This document shows, in pieces, positions 11,801 to 23,221 of a stretch of DNA of 64,000 bases. The stretch is from assembly GCA_043228905.1 (NCBI GenBank), contig JBHGNT010000005.1:14570001-14634000 (forward strand). Reading direction: 5' to 3'. Source of the stretch: Azolla caroliniana (taxonomy: Eukaryota; Plantae; Polypodiophyta). The notes beneath the pieces are model-generated. The model had not been told where the DNA came from. It did no database searches and saw nothing but the letters and a program-made list of their open reading frames with translations. A program made the position numbers and the translations under genes. Positions within the stretch are counted from its first letter, which is position 1; every line of letters begins with the position of its first letter.

Positions 11801-12713
11801 AAGTTTTTACCCGTTGGGAAACGGCCATTTCCCGTTCCAATGCTTCCTGTGCTTGCCGTAATTCCCAAATCGCATCTTTGTCTGGTTCGGCTTCGGTGTC
11901 GTCCCGCTGCGGCAAGTATGGCGCTACGGCTTCAGCTACGTCAATCTCGAAGAGTGGTACGATCTTCGGGTGTTCCTCCAAGTACTGGGCTTCTTCGTCG
12001 TCTGCCAATCCTTCAAGCATATTCACACATTCCGCATACAGCGGTGTGCATTCCTTACCATTGCTTGTCCGTGGTTGTGTCGGAACCCGGACCTTGGCTT
12101 TTCCGCGCCGGAAGGTAATCATATTTTTCCGCCAATTTTGCTTGATGTGTGCTGTTTTCAACCATGGTCTGCCCAGCAGCAGTGGGTACGCGCCTTGCGC
12201 CTGTAGCTGCAGCACTACAGCCGAGATGTGAAATGTGTGGCCTCCTATGGTGACTTCCAATTTCCGTATTAAGCCCGTCGGCCGTACCGAGCTCGTATCC
12301 GCCATCCGTAGCCAGAACGGGCATGGCTCCCATTCATGTATACCCAAGGCATCACACGTACGGAGGCTTATTACGTTCACCCCGGAACCTCCATCGATTA
12401 CTGTGCCGGGAAGTTCGTGCCCTTTGACAATAGCTGTAATCACCGGACTGCTAGTGTCCACTACCGTCGGTCCCTCCTCCGGGTTTGAGAAGAGGACTGG
12501 TGCCGGTGGGGCTATGCCGTCTGTCATGCCCGTTTTTGGCCCTTCCGTAAATCGCGGCACGAGCTGCAAGAGTCTTCCTAACGGCAACGTGATCTGACAT
12601 TCTTGCAGTGCTTGCCATGTCTCGTTTTCTGGGTGGCTACCGCCGGCACTCCCTATGGTATTTGCCTTTTGCCGTTCCGCGTCCGCGACGTTCTTTTCAT
12701 TGGCTTCCTTCAC
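8814..12713 (-). CDS. pol: Gypsy pol (protease, RT, RNase H, integrase)
   Basis: VIDGGSGVNV protease; RVCVDYRKLN and FLDD RT; VDASD...EREAL RNase H; HHCC, GLDF and PQANGLAES integrase; WTGPY. Confidence 0.97.
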   Translation of the reverse strand: MKEANEKNVADAERQKANTIGSAGGSHPENETWQALQECQITLPLGRLLQLVPRFTEGPKTGMTDGIAPPAPVLFSNPEEGPTVVDTSSPVITAIVKGHELPGTVIDGGSGVNVISLRTCDALGIHEWEPCPFWLRMADTSSVRPTGLIRKLEVTIGGHTFHISAVVLQLQAQGAYPLLLGRPWLKTAHIKQNWRKNMITFRRGKAKVRVPTQPRTSNGKECTPLYAECVNMLEGLADDEEAQYLEEHPKIVPLFEIDVAEAVAPYLPQRDDTEAEPDKDAIWELRQAQEALEREMAVSQRVKTSQLDEVNLGSKDESKPVHIAKEMKPEDKAAMIKLLTEFRDVFAWSYEDMGGLDPQLYQHQIHLGKDAKPVAQRRYRMNPNYAAKVKEEIDKLLRVGFIRPVKKATWLSPIVVVPKKNGKIRVCVDYRKLNAATITDAFPLPFTNGVLDAVAGHEVYSFLDGFSGYNQIRMHPDDQEKTAFVTEWGVFVAEVMMFGLKTAPATFQRIIMEIFGEYIPAFMQVFLDDFAVYSRGNDHLQHLRLCLEKCRLYRLSLNPAKCIFGVSSGILLGHIVSKEGIAVDPDKVNAILGAPAPKTAKALSRFLGQIRWHSRMLRHLADLATPLHTAVHRTPFQWTDTEDKAYNALKVLLSQAPVVQPPDWSKEFHVFVDASDIAIGSALMQLTEPKWYRPVYYASRKLSQAEKNYSTTEREALGIIYSVTKFRHYLLGRKFSFHVDHSALLYLVSKASLTGKLARWTLLLQEFEFEIFHRPGIQHAVADYLSRLESGEPGDGVADEFPDAELFRITPETAADDTVSSEDKWLTNMHQFLSTGLPPEEMNRDERKRLAVQNRNFCLLRDTLYHKGADGIWRRAVRSDEKEVILREAHCGVAGGHYAGEATARKVWQSGLWWPTTLKDAVKYAKECDLCQRMGQPTEQARMPHQPVLPLEPFQKWGLDFVGPFKPPAMRTGNRYVIVATDYCTKWVEAKALRDNTASSTAKFLYENIWCRYGCPIELISDQGGHFLGQVVESLTTFYAVVHKRSTPYYPQANGLAESTNKTLQNILRKIVNENRTDWDTKLHSALWAYRTAYKTSIRTTPFRLAFGLEAVMPVEFQVPSLRIQLRERLNEKKSEEMRLAALCELEEQRLASILHMELEQRRRKAFVDRHRKGNEKMFEIGKPVLVFQTRMGKMPGKLRFRWTGPYWLTRQYNGSYQIGTLAGEVLGKWVNGFRLKPYKGLMPKNPFMQLTGTTPGTCPGSVRIDPEEKDDGEPVVETKEDTATRKENGQGPKGPTDV

Positions 12714-12743
12714 CCATTCCGTCGCCTGCTTTCGTATGGCCTC

Positions 12744-14613
12744 TTATGTCTCCCATTCTTTGGCCATGCCTTTCGACCGTGTGGTTACTTGCTGTAAATC
12801 CGCCACTTCCGGAACCACCATATTAACTGCTGGTCGTTTCTCGTAGCTCTTTACCGGGCACTGGTTACTGTAGTGGCCTTCCTGCCTGCAGTAGTAGCAG
12901 TACTCTTTACGGGTATTGCTGGATTCAGCATTGCTGGTAGCCGGAGTCGGTCCCGTAGTGAGTGGTGCGTTCTGTGCCGGTTGGCTCCTTGGGGTTCCCT
13001 GTTCCGGGTCCCTAGTGTGACCACCTTTCTTGAAATTACGTTTCTTATTATTCTTATTTTTATTTCGGTAGTCGTCTGTCGTATTGCTCGTGTCGTCTGT
13101 TGGGCTCCCGATAACGGTCCGATCGCTCATACCGGTCGTAGTTATCACGCCGATTCCCGTACCGGCCATCATTCTCTTGCCTGTCTCCGTACCGAACATC
13201 CTGTGCCGGTCGGTACCGGTTCATTTTTTGCCAACGATCTTCATCTTCGTCTTGGCTGCTTCTTGGCTCGATCCGTCGGACGGGTGGTGCTTGTCGGTTT
13301 AACAGGTTATACTCGCACCGGTCCGTTGTATGACTCTTGGATTGACAAATCACACACTGAGTGCGCATGGTGCACTCTACTGCCGAGTGTCCGACATTCA
13401 AGCAGATTGTGCATTGAATTGCCTGCCGGAACCGGAGATCTTCCTCGGTGGGTAACGCCCGTTGCAGTGTTCCCAGCGTAAGCCATGAGCTTGTCTTTTC
13501 CATTTCTCTGACCCGGTCAATGACCTGATCGATGGTGCATCCTCGAAAGTCGATCACCGTACACACCGTGCGTAACGGTTCCCGGAGTGCGTTTAAAAAT
13601 ATCGTCCGTAATTCCTCCTCCGGGGGTGCACGGGCAAGCTGGCTATGCATTCGTTGGAAACGGATGACGAATTGGGGAATGCTTTCCCCTGCCTCCTGCC
13701 GGATCGTATAAAACAGGCCCACCATTGTCGTCTGGTCGACCTCCTTGTGGAAAAAATGCAAGAATTTTGTTTTTAATTCTGCAAATGTTGTGATGGTCGC
13801 CGGGTCCTGCGACCGCCGCCATCGTGTCGCTAGTCCCTCCAACGTGACTCCGAATTCCGCTATCTTCGAGCGTTCTTCTTCCTCCGGTGTCATTCGCTGG
13901 GACGTGTGATTTGCTTCCCATGTCTGCTCGAAGTCATCCACATGCGCTTCCGCATCCGGATCATCGCGGTACTTTGAGTATTGGAACGGCATGTCGTCGT
14001 CCAGTATTAAGCCGCGGTTTAGTGGCGGTTGTTGATATTTTTCCGGTTCTTTCTCCGGTTTCACTTCCGGTTCTTTTGCCGGTCCTTTTTCCGGTTCTTT
14101 TTCCGGCTCTTCTTCCGGTACCTTTGCCGGCCCTTTCGTTGGTGTTGGTGGCTTTGCTTCTTCCACTTCCGGTGTTGGTGGGTTGACGGCTTCCGTTTGC
14201 GGTTCCGGATAGCCCTGGTTGAGCGGTTCCGGTTCTGGAGTCGGCACGGTATCCGACCCGTCGTCTTCCGGGCCGCCGGGGGTATCGTTGCTGCTCCGGT
14301 AGTTCGTGTGCACGTTGTATCCCCCTTCGGAATCCGATTCGTAGGCTGAAAAGGCTTCTGCCTCGTTTTCTCCGCTTGCCAGCGCCTCCAGGAGTCGTTC
14401 GGTTTCCCGGAGACTACTTAGACTGCTTCCGTCGTCCTGGTCGCGAGTTTGCCGTAACTGGAGAGATTCCTCCGCGACTCTCCGGATCTCGTTGGAGAAC
14501 GAACGATCCGAGCGAATTTCCTGCGCTGCTTGCTGGAAAGTCTCACGCCGTCTTTGCCGTTCGGCGAGGCGTCGAGCTCGGTCTGTAACCAAGTCGTGCG
14601 TTGGTCTAGTCAT
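12744..14613 (-). CDS. gag: Gypsy gag with a frameshift near 13075 and a stop at 12744
   Basis: Retrotrans-gag-like core and Cys/His knuckles (CTICLNVGHSAVEC; CYYCRQEGHYSNQC in the 12744-13199 frame, which is in frame with pol). Confidence 0.85.
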
Positions 14614-15405
14614 CCATTACCGTCGTTCGCTGCGAGAAAGTAGGAATCGTGGTCGCCAAAACTGTGTTATTCTCTAGCCGGACAAGGCCTAACACAAGGT
14701 GTCACGGAGACACTTCACCAAAGGGTGATTACGGCATAGGATTAAGATTCAACGATTACACCGACTTACATAGGTTACACGATTAGAATGCTTCGGTTAA
14801 TTACACGCGTAAGATATAACAGTAATTACAGAACGGAAATCAAGACAGAAGTATAAACAACATAAGCTCTATTAATTATCCGCTCTCATTACAATGGGGT
14901 CCGGGCCTTTAAATAGGTTTCCGGCCCGTAGTACAAAACGGTGCCTCTCGCACCTATTCGGGATCCGTCCGGATCTGGAACGGCATACCGTTTCCAGTCC
15001 GTCCGTCCACACTATGCTCATTTACAACCATCTAATTAATTCCTTCACTCCGTATTTTGGACTCCTTGCCGGCCGGTAACACTAATTCTATGGTCTACTA
15101 TCAACCTAAGATGTAGCTAATTAGCTGCTAGACTATAGGTTGATAGTAGACCATAGAATTGCAGTAACTAATTAGATACTACACAACTGAACCATAACAA
15201 CTAAATAGCTACCACAGTTTATACGGATTAGCTAATTAGCTAAGATGTAACTAATTAGCTATTCTACTTAAGTATCATAATAGCTAATTAGCCACGACAC
15301 TATAGGTTGGTAGTAACTAATTAGTTGTTGACTTTAGCATGGCAACAACTAACTAGCTACCACTTAGCTATTTAGCTACATCTTCACTAATTAGCTGCTA
15401 CACTA

Positions 15406-16103
15406 TGTTGGGAATATGTCCCTCCAGTGGGAGGAAGAACCGACTGATCGGAAAGCCGATAGTCGATGACAGGGAAGATCTGACTGTCCGGAAAGCCGAT
15501 AGTCGAAGAGTCGAAAACAGTGAGTCGATTGTTTGAAGATTTGACTATTATTATTATAGTAATAATAATAATAATGATGATGTGTGGAAACAAGTCCCTC
15601 CAGATGGGAAAGAGAGAGGAGCTGAGTTGATGAGTGACTCAGCCGAGGCCGAAACCAGAAACGTGTATATAGCCAACTCGGGAGACTATAATTGTAAATA
15701 GTCTAAGAGTGCGCCCCATGAGGGTTACGTATGTAAATAGCCGGAAAGTTGTGTAAGTATATATACAACTAGGGCAAACTTTATGCGTGTAAGTACAGAA
15801 GTTTTAGTGCAGAGAGTGCGAGAGAGAGAGAAGTGTGAGCCGCGCCATAACTGTGTGTGTAACAACAGACGCGAAGAGCCCTGTGCGGCTGATACACTCG
15901 ACAGAGTGTTGTATTCCTCTCGATGTTGTATATCCACTTTGTATAGTGAAGAAATATGTTCACCCATGGTTTTCCCCATTTTAGGGTTTCCACGTAAATT
16001 TCGGTGTACATCTGTTTATCTTGTCTTTCTGGTGCATTTCTGTAATTCATATTTCAATGCGTAGTTCGTTTATTGTGATCTATTCCGCATCGATTTCTCA
16101 ACA
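15406..16103 (+). mobile_element. Solo LTR (Copia-like)
   Basis: TGTTG...CAACA termini with a perfect 5-bp TSD CACTA (15401-15405 and 16104-16108). Confidence 0.92.
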
Positions 16104-16373
16104 CACTATTGGCTGGTAGTAGCTAATTAGCTACCACATTTTATACTACTTAGCTAATTAGCTACAATGTAGCTATTAGCTGCTAGACCATAGATTTGTA
16201 GTAGCTAATTAGCTACATCTTGGCTAATTAGCTAATACCTAGGTTGTAGCTAATTAGCTACTACACTACTGAACCATAACAACTAAATAGCTACCACACT
16301 TTATACGGCTCAGCTAATTAGCTAAGATGTAACTAATTAGCTACTACACTATAGAGGCAAGCATCAATTTTAC

Positions 16374-16539
16374 CTGTCAGTTTTCTCCACTTATCTGGGA
16401 GAGCTGTATTGCAATCCCCTAAACAGACTGCAGCAATGCGACATGCATATTGAAAACAAACAATATGGTATGTGTGGTGGCATGGTCGTAGGTGTACCAA
16501 CATAGTAGTAGTTTTGTCCTGTTGAGATATCAAGCTCAA
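16374..16539 (-). pseudogene. Exon encoding the C-terminal half of a RING-H2-like zinc finger
   Basis: LRPCHHTYHIVCFQYACRIAAVCLGDCNTALP resembles LPCxHxFHxxC...CxxC. Ends at an ACAG|GTAAAA donor. Confidence 0.55.
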
Positions 16540-18000
16540 CTAGTTTAATCTAGTTAGTCAACACATGTAACTTAGTAGTTACCTAGATCGAATCTAGTTA
16601 ATGTGTTGACCTTAAGCCTTTAAATAGGACCTTGTACTTAAGTGGGATATTCTAGATCCTCCACTCAGTACATTTAATGTAGGACTTACACATAAGTACC
16701 TATGTTCTACCCACACATGTGCACCTTTGCACATGGGTTGTATATATACCTCATTGTGGGTATTTTTGTAAGTTGATGACCCTTTTCAATATAGTCAATC
16801 ATCCCCCATTTATCTTTGTGTTCAAGTGTAACTTCCTCTCTCTCTCTCTTCCTCTCACACACTCTCACGTGCATATCATACTAATCTTCCGCTGCTTAAC
16901 ATAACCATATAATTAGTCTCTAATTATACCTAGTTAATTACCTAATTACTTAACACGTCCTCTACGCCTAAGCCGCAAGCGATGCAACATGCTTAGCTTA
17001 AACAGTCAATATATCGTTGCCTGGTTCTCCTTCATTTGGTAAGGGAGCAAGAATGTTGAGGTCAGATTCTTGTCTGCTCTTTACCATCCCCTCCACAAAA
17101 TGTAGCTGCTTCTCAAGGAAATGAACAACCTGTTCTTGATGGGAGTATTGTTCCTAGGATATGGAGGAACGAGCCACTTGAAATAAAAAATCAATACATG
17201 TTACCTCTGCTCTATTGGGACAGGTGTATTTAGAACCATAATTGGTAGGGAAGAATCAAAAATAAAAATCAGCCATAATAACCCAAATCCTAACTCAAGT
17301 TTGGGGGAAGTTTGCGGACACAACGCCATTGAAATAAAAAATGTGAATTGGTGCAAAATTCCAACACTAAATCTGAAATTTTCAATAGTAATCAGAAATC
17401 AACCGCTTAAAAAATCAGAAACCTTAATAAGAAACCCTAATCAGAAATCAACCGCTTAAGGAAATCAAAAACCCCAATCTAAAATATGTATGAAATCAAC
17501 CATAATAAAAAAAATTGCCAATCAGAAACACACCTACTACTACACCCTGATCTTCGAGACATCCTGGTTTGGGATTCCAATGATTTCGCCCTAATCGTTT
17601 TTTATAAAAGATGAACAACAATAAAGTTATAGTTATGAGTAAGGAAAAAAATAATATTTTTTAATGTGTAACTGATACATACATGGACAAGGATCGAACT
17701 GGTGGTGTGTTGTAGCTCTGAAGGTGCAATGTCAATATCATATTTTCTGTGCTGCTGCGGGAGCTTCGTCTACGTTCATGCTCAAAGTACTCCATCTGTT
17801 TGGATTTCGAACTCAAACTCAGGATTAACAGGAATTTGGTGACATTGAAGTTGAGTTTAGATGAGGGCATTGTTTCCCATGTTCCACTACGTCAAAAACA
17901 AAAGTTCAAAATTTTTAGTATTCTCATAAATTCAATGACATATATTTAACTAATAAAGCATAAAATTTCATAAATGATCTTTATGATTTGCCCACAAAAA

Positions 18001-18085
18001 ACTAGCTAAACAAATAGCTAAATAGCTATGGCCATTTTACCAACTAATTAGCTATAATAGTGTTTCCACTCACATGCTTTTACCC
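18001..18085 (-). mobile_element. Putative DNA transposon (Mutator-like) terminus, copy 2
   Basis: Minus strand reads GGGTAAAAGCATGTGAGTGGAAACA, matching 1616-1640. It abruptly truncates a Gypsy protease region. Confidence 0.45.
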
Positions 18086-18757
18086 ATTACCCTTCCTGAA
18101 TGCTAGCATGTTCTTGTTCCAATTTTGGTTATAGCCGTTTTTAACCATGGTCGACCTAACAGGAGTGGATATGCTCCAGGAGCATCCAAATGAAGCACCA
18201 TTGCCGATATCTGAAAAGCATGACCCCCTATAATGACATCTAACTGCCTGATTAAACTGAGTGGTTAGACTGTGCCCGTGTCCTCCACTCTTAACTAGAA
18301 AGGACAAGCATCCCACTTGGTAATTCCAAGTTTATCACAGGTGGTCTTATTGATGGCATTAACTCCTAAACCATCATCAACAATAGTTCCGGCCACTTCT
18401 TGACCCCGAATTATCACTTTTATTGAAGTTTTTTGTTCATCCATGATCATCGGACCATTGCTTGGCTGGCTATAGTTAACCGATACTTGCTCTGCATCTT
18501 TTTGTGCAAGAATAGTTGCCACCTTTTCTGTAAAATGGGGCACTGAGTTTAGTAATCCTGACAAAGGTAATGAGACTTGACAGTCGACCAAAATCTTAAA
18601 GGTCTCGTCTTGTTCCTAGATGAGTAATATCTCGGATTGAGGAACAGATTTCTCCTTATTTGATAACTCATTATCGTGCATCATCATGGCGACATTATTC
18701 TGTTTAACTTCTTCCACCCATTCCTTCGCTGCTTTCGGAACGCCTTCTTGGACTTCC

Positions 18758-21700
18758 TATGAGGGCCAAAGCTAGGAACAAGTTTTAAAATGGAGAAGAG
18801 AATGAGAAGTGAAAGATATGAGAGAAATGAGAGAGATAAGAAGAATTTGATAATGAAGAATTTTCAGCACAAGTTTAGCAGAGCTTTCAAAAGCTTTGGC
18901 TGCGCTAGAACTCCATGTGAATAACTTGTTCTTTCGTGTAAGCTCTTTGAGAGGCATCACAATGTTCGAATAATTCTTGATAAATTTTTCGTAAAAATTT
19001 GCAAATCCTAAGAAACATTGAACATCACACACTAAACGAGTTGGTTGCCAGTTTAGAACTGTTTGAACCTTAGATAGATCCATTGCTATACCTTGTTGTG
19101 AAACCACATACCCCAGAAACTCCACGTGGTTTTGATCAAAGCTACATTTCTCAAGTTTGGCATAGAGCTCATATTCTCATAAGCGTTTGAAGACTTGGCG
19201 GACATGTATGTCATGCTCTTCTTGAGTTTTCGCGTAGATCAAAATGTCATCAAGATATACTATGGTGAATGAATCCAAGAAATCGCAGGAAATATCATTT
19301 GCCATGTGTTGAAAAACTGCAGGCGCATTCGTGAGACCAAAAGGCATAACTATGTACTCGAAATGTTTGTATCGAGTACAAAATGTTGTCTTCCGAACAA
19401 GGTTATATGCACCTCGAAGATCTAGCTTCGTGAAACCTTTAGTTCCACTAAGACGCTCTAGTAAACTTGAAATCAAGGGTAGAGCATATCTATTTCGAAC
19501 TGTGATTTGGTTTAGACCTCGATAGTCCATGACTAGTCATAGAGATCCATCTTTCTTCCTGACAAAGAAGATGGGTGCACCAGCAGGGCTTTTAGAATGT
19601 CGAATGAATCCATTTGCTAAGTTCTCATCTATATACTCTCGAAGGGCCTTGAGTTTGGAAGGTGATAGATTATATATTGCGCCCCATGGTGGCTCTTTCG
19701 TAGCTTGTAGATCGATAGGACAATCATAAGGCCGATGGTCTGGGAGAGAACTAGCTTTAGCTTTGTTGAAGATGTCTTCAAAATCCAAGTACTTGGTAGG
19801 GAGGGAAGTACTTGCCCCTTGTGAGCTAGAGGATGGGTTTGCTATTACTGCAAAGACAAACATTTCATTTGTTTGGCCGTCTTCTCGTAATTTTTGTAGA
19901 GAGATGGGCTAGATTTGGTGAGGTTTTGAATCTCAGTTGGTAGTAACAAGGCAATTGGATTCAGGTTTCTGTTGGACATCATTAATTGTTCGATTTCTCC
20001 AGTCAATTTTAGGATTATGAAGTTCAAACCAAGGCAAACCAAGGATAACCGGATGCTCAAGGCTACTAATTATATTGAAAGAAATTGTATAGGCAAACCT
20101 ACCAAGAACTACTCGAATTGGCTCAGGTTCTTCAACTATATTCCTGGATGCAATAGGGCGACCATCAATGACTACAACAGATGTAGGGCAAGGGAGGTCT
20201 TTGTCCATAAAACAAGAATTGGCTCCTCAATCTAAGAGAGCAGAGGCAAGAACTCGATGACACCTAAAAATGCTAAGCTCAACTTGTGCTGAAAAAACTC
20301 TGCTAAGATGATTTGATTAAATGGAACCACTACTTAGGGTTGACTTTACGTATTTAGGATTGTCCAACCAAATGGCTGCGATTTTGGTTGGACTTATTCA
20401 TTTAATATTTCATCAAGTTGACTCAAGACTTCAAAACTATTGGACTGACCATGACATGTGGGACTACTAGGGCTAGATGATCTAACTAGAGAATTGGAAT
20501 GAACATTCTCACTAATACTTACTTGATTTACTTGTCGGTTTGGCCTATGTGGGCATGTGATTGCGATGTGTCCTAGACCACCACAATACAAACATAGACG
20601 GTTTGCTTGAGTCCGTCTTTGCTTCTTAGCTTCAGATAAAGGCCCTCGACAACGTGTTACATCGATCTCCATTGAACTTGGACCACCCAATGGAATCATG
20701 TGTGAAGTTTGGGTAGTGCTCATAGGTGTCACGGCTACTACTGAAGCATATGTTTGATCCGTTCTTGGTCGTGACATTAATTGACGTTGTCGTGTGATTT
20801 TTCACACACTATGTAAAAATTTAATAAAATAATTATTTTATATTAGCTTAATGGCTTGTTATAGAAAGATGGACGTATTCAAGAGCTTCTAAACGCATTT
20901 TTCTACACATAAAACGGATAACTAAGTATCAAGTTATGTGACTGTAAAGTTTGAGAAGAAGAGGAAAACAAAATTGTGAGATATCCCACATAGATAGGAC
21001 AACATCAATATCCCACATGAAACTCATTACTTTACATCTATGTGTTAAGAGCACAGAAGGAATGGTTAGACTCGGGCTAAACTTTCCAAATGGATGGATG
21101 TGGCGTAATTACTCCTAATGTTTTTGGACGGACCGGACGACGGAACTAGAACAGGAATGGGCCGGACAAAACCGGACCGAACAGATCGGGCCAGATGCAA
21201 CCGAACAGATCGGATGGGCGACGGTCTAGACAGACGGATCATACACGGGCCGAACTTTACGGATCATGCGGCGAACTAAAGTAAAGTAAAATAAACTAAA
21301 GTAAAGGTCATGTGAACGCATGGAACTAAGCATGAAGACCATGCAACTAAAGTAAACGTCATGTGGACGCATGCAACTGAATGTGGAGGCCATACAACTA
21401 AAGTAAACGCCATGTGAGACACATGCAATGGAAAGGGAGAGGCAAAAACTGAAGTTAATTCATGCAAGTATTTTTTTTCGGGGGAAGAAAAAGGAAAAAT
21501 CTATCTCTTAAGCAAAGCCAAGAATCCTAATTATCTTATGGAATTCATCTCTCATCAAAGCCAAGAATCCTAATTATCTTATGGAATTCATCTCTCATCG
21601 AAGCCAAAAATCCTAATTTCCTAATCAACGCCAAAAAACCCTAATTTTTTTATCGAAGCCATATCTCCGTTAATTTGCTAATCTATTACTCTATTAATCT

Positions 21701-23221
21701 TCGTAAGCTAAAACTTTTGGAATCCCAATTTTGGTATAGATTGTAACTTTCTTTTTCTTTGCTAATGAAAATTATCAAACCTTTTCATTTCGATTAATTC
21801 TTAAAACGTAAACGTACGAATCTGGTATCCTCTAGTCGAAGGCCCTGGAGTCCTGCCTCAATCAAGTTCAGGTATCTTCGTCGTATTTTTGTGACAACGC
21901 TCTGAACGTCGCTCGAATAAGCGGTTGTCACATCGCACTCCACGACTTATCGCTTCTGTAAGTGATCTTGGATCTTCATGAAAACTTAATACCAAATCCT
22001 TTACATCATTTCGTAGTCCATAGCGAAATTGATCCATTAAGGCTTCTTCATCCCATGGAATATAACAAGCTAGGAGGCGGAAATCTGCGGCATAGGCAGA
22101 GGCAGGACGGTCCCCTTGACACAGTCTTCAAATCTGGTTAATCGTTGTTCTAACACTATCAGTGTCTCCAAAGTTTTCTTTAAATTCTCTAATAAAACCG
22201 TTGAAGTCTTGGAGAAGAGGAGACTTCTTTTCTAGCAATGGTGCAAACCACGCTAATGCAGTTCATGTTAAGAGACTACCAACTAGTCCAACTTGAGTTG
22301 CATCAGTCGAATACCTATTAGGGTGCATATGAATTACTAGAAGTACTTGGTTTAGAAACCTTCGAAACTATGATCGATTACCATCGAACTTCCCAGGCAA
22401 ACAAATCTTCGGTTCTTTGGGAGACGTTTGTTGCATTGAATCTTGTTGATGAAGAAACCGTAATGTTGTTTCGAGTTGCAATACACATGTCGATAACTCA
22501 TCATATTGTTGTGCCTTTTCTATGCTTACTTGTTGCAAATCTCCAGCAATCATTGATTCTCTTGTTCTAACGCCACAAACTTATTTGCAAGATGCTTTAG
22601 TTTAGAGACGACTCGAACATACTCTTGGTTGCTAACTTACTCCATGGAGAGGATATAACGTTTGGCAAGATTCTCAAGGAGAAGGAAGGAAGGAAAAGAG
22701 TGAGAAAGAGACAGAGAGTGAAAGAGATACAGAAAGAGAGAGAGAGAGAGAGAAAGGAGGAAAATTTTGGTTCAAATTGACAGGGCCAAAGCTAGGAACG
22801 AGTTTTAAAATAGAGAAGAGAATGAGAAGCGAAAGATATGAGAGAAATGAGAGAGATAAGAAGAATTTGATAATGTATTAACAATGAGAGAAATGTTTAC
22901 AAGAATATGCCGAAGACTGGCATTAAACCAGAATGGTTCATCAATAGTCAAATCCATGTTTATATAGCATGGTTTGGATACATGCATGCTCGCCACCTCA
23001 TAGGCACGCATGATCGCCACTTAGCAATCATGCATTAGCCTATGCAAGGTGGTGACATTTCAATAATATTAAATTATATATATTTCCTATTGATATAATA
23101 GAATTTATTATTTAATATATATAATATGAAGTATCCTAATGGTTGGGGTTATATTCTTTTATTGAGGATGTCATGGGTTCGAATCACCATAAAGCTTATT
23201 GGGTTTTATATGCACTTGACA
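18758..23221 (-). mobile_element. Decayed Tcn1-like chromovirus with RH-INT and most of the 3' LTR deleted
   Basis: TSD CTTCC (18753-18757 and 23222-23226). 5' LTR at 22778-23221; its first ~100 bp recur at 18758-18858. Gag, PR and RT fragments (SPAGAPIFFV, YLDD) are homologous to 47098-53428. Confidence 0.88.
20788..21896. mobile_element. Solo LTR of the 4-bp-TSD family
   Basis: TGTCG...TGACA flanked by ACGT/ACGC. Removing it restores the host gag RLFERRSERQL. Confidence 0.85.

Larger units (their letters stand above)
5283..15081 (-). mobile_element. Full-length young non-chromoviral Ty3/Gypsy LTR retrotransposon with 3' extra ORF
   Basis: 417-bp LTRs at 5283-5699 and 14665-15081 (TG...CA, one mismatch seen) with TSD CTAAT. 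PBS TGGCGACCAC at 14658-14649. Domain order gag-PR-RT-RH-INT, no chromodomain. Confidence 0.97.

Noticed and set aside
6136-14677. Numerous + strand ORFs antisense to the Gypsy genes, and likewise in the Copia elements
   Set aside because: They are shadow ORFs of GC-rich coding sequence with no independent motifs.
5283-15081. Element actually oriented on the + strand using the 5702 PBS
   Set aside because: All ORFs and the LTR TATA motif are on the minus strand, and no PPT precedes the right LTR on the + strand either.
15401-16108. CACTA transposon termini
   Set aside because: CACTA occurs as a direct repeat, the TSD of a TG...CA solo LTR, not as inverted termini.
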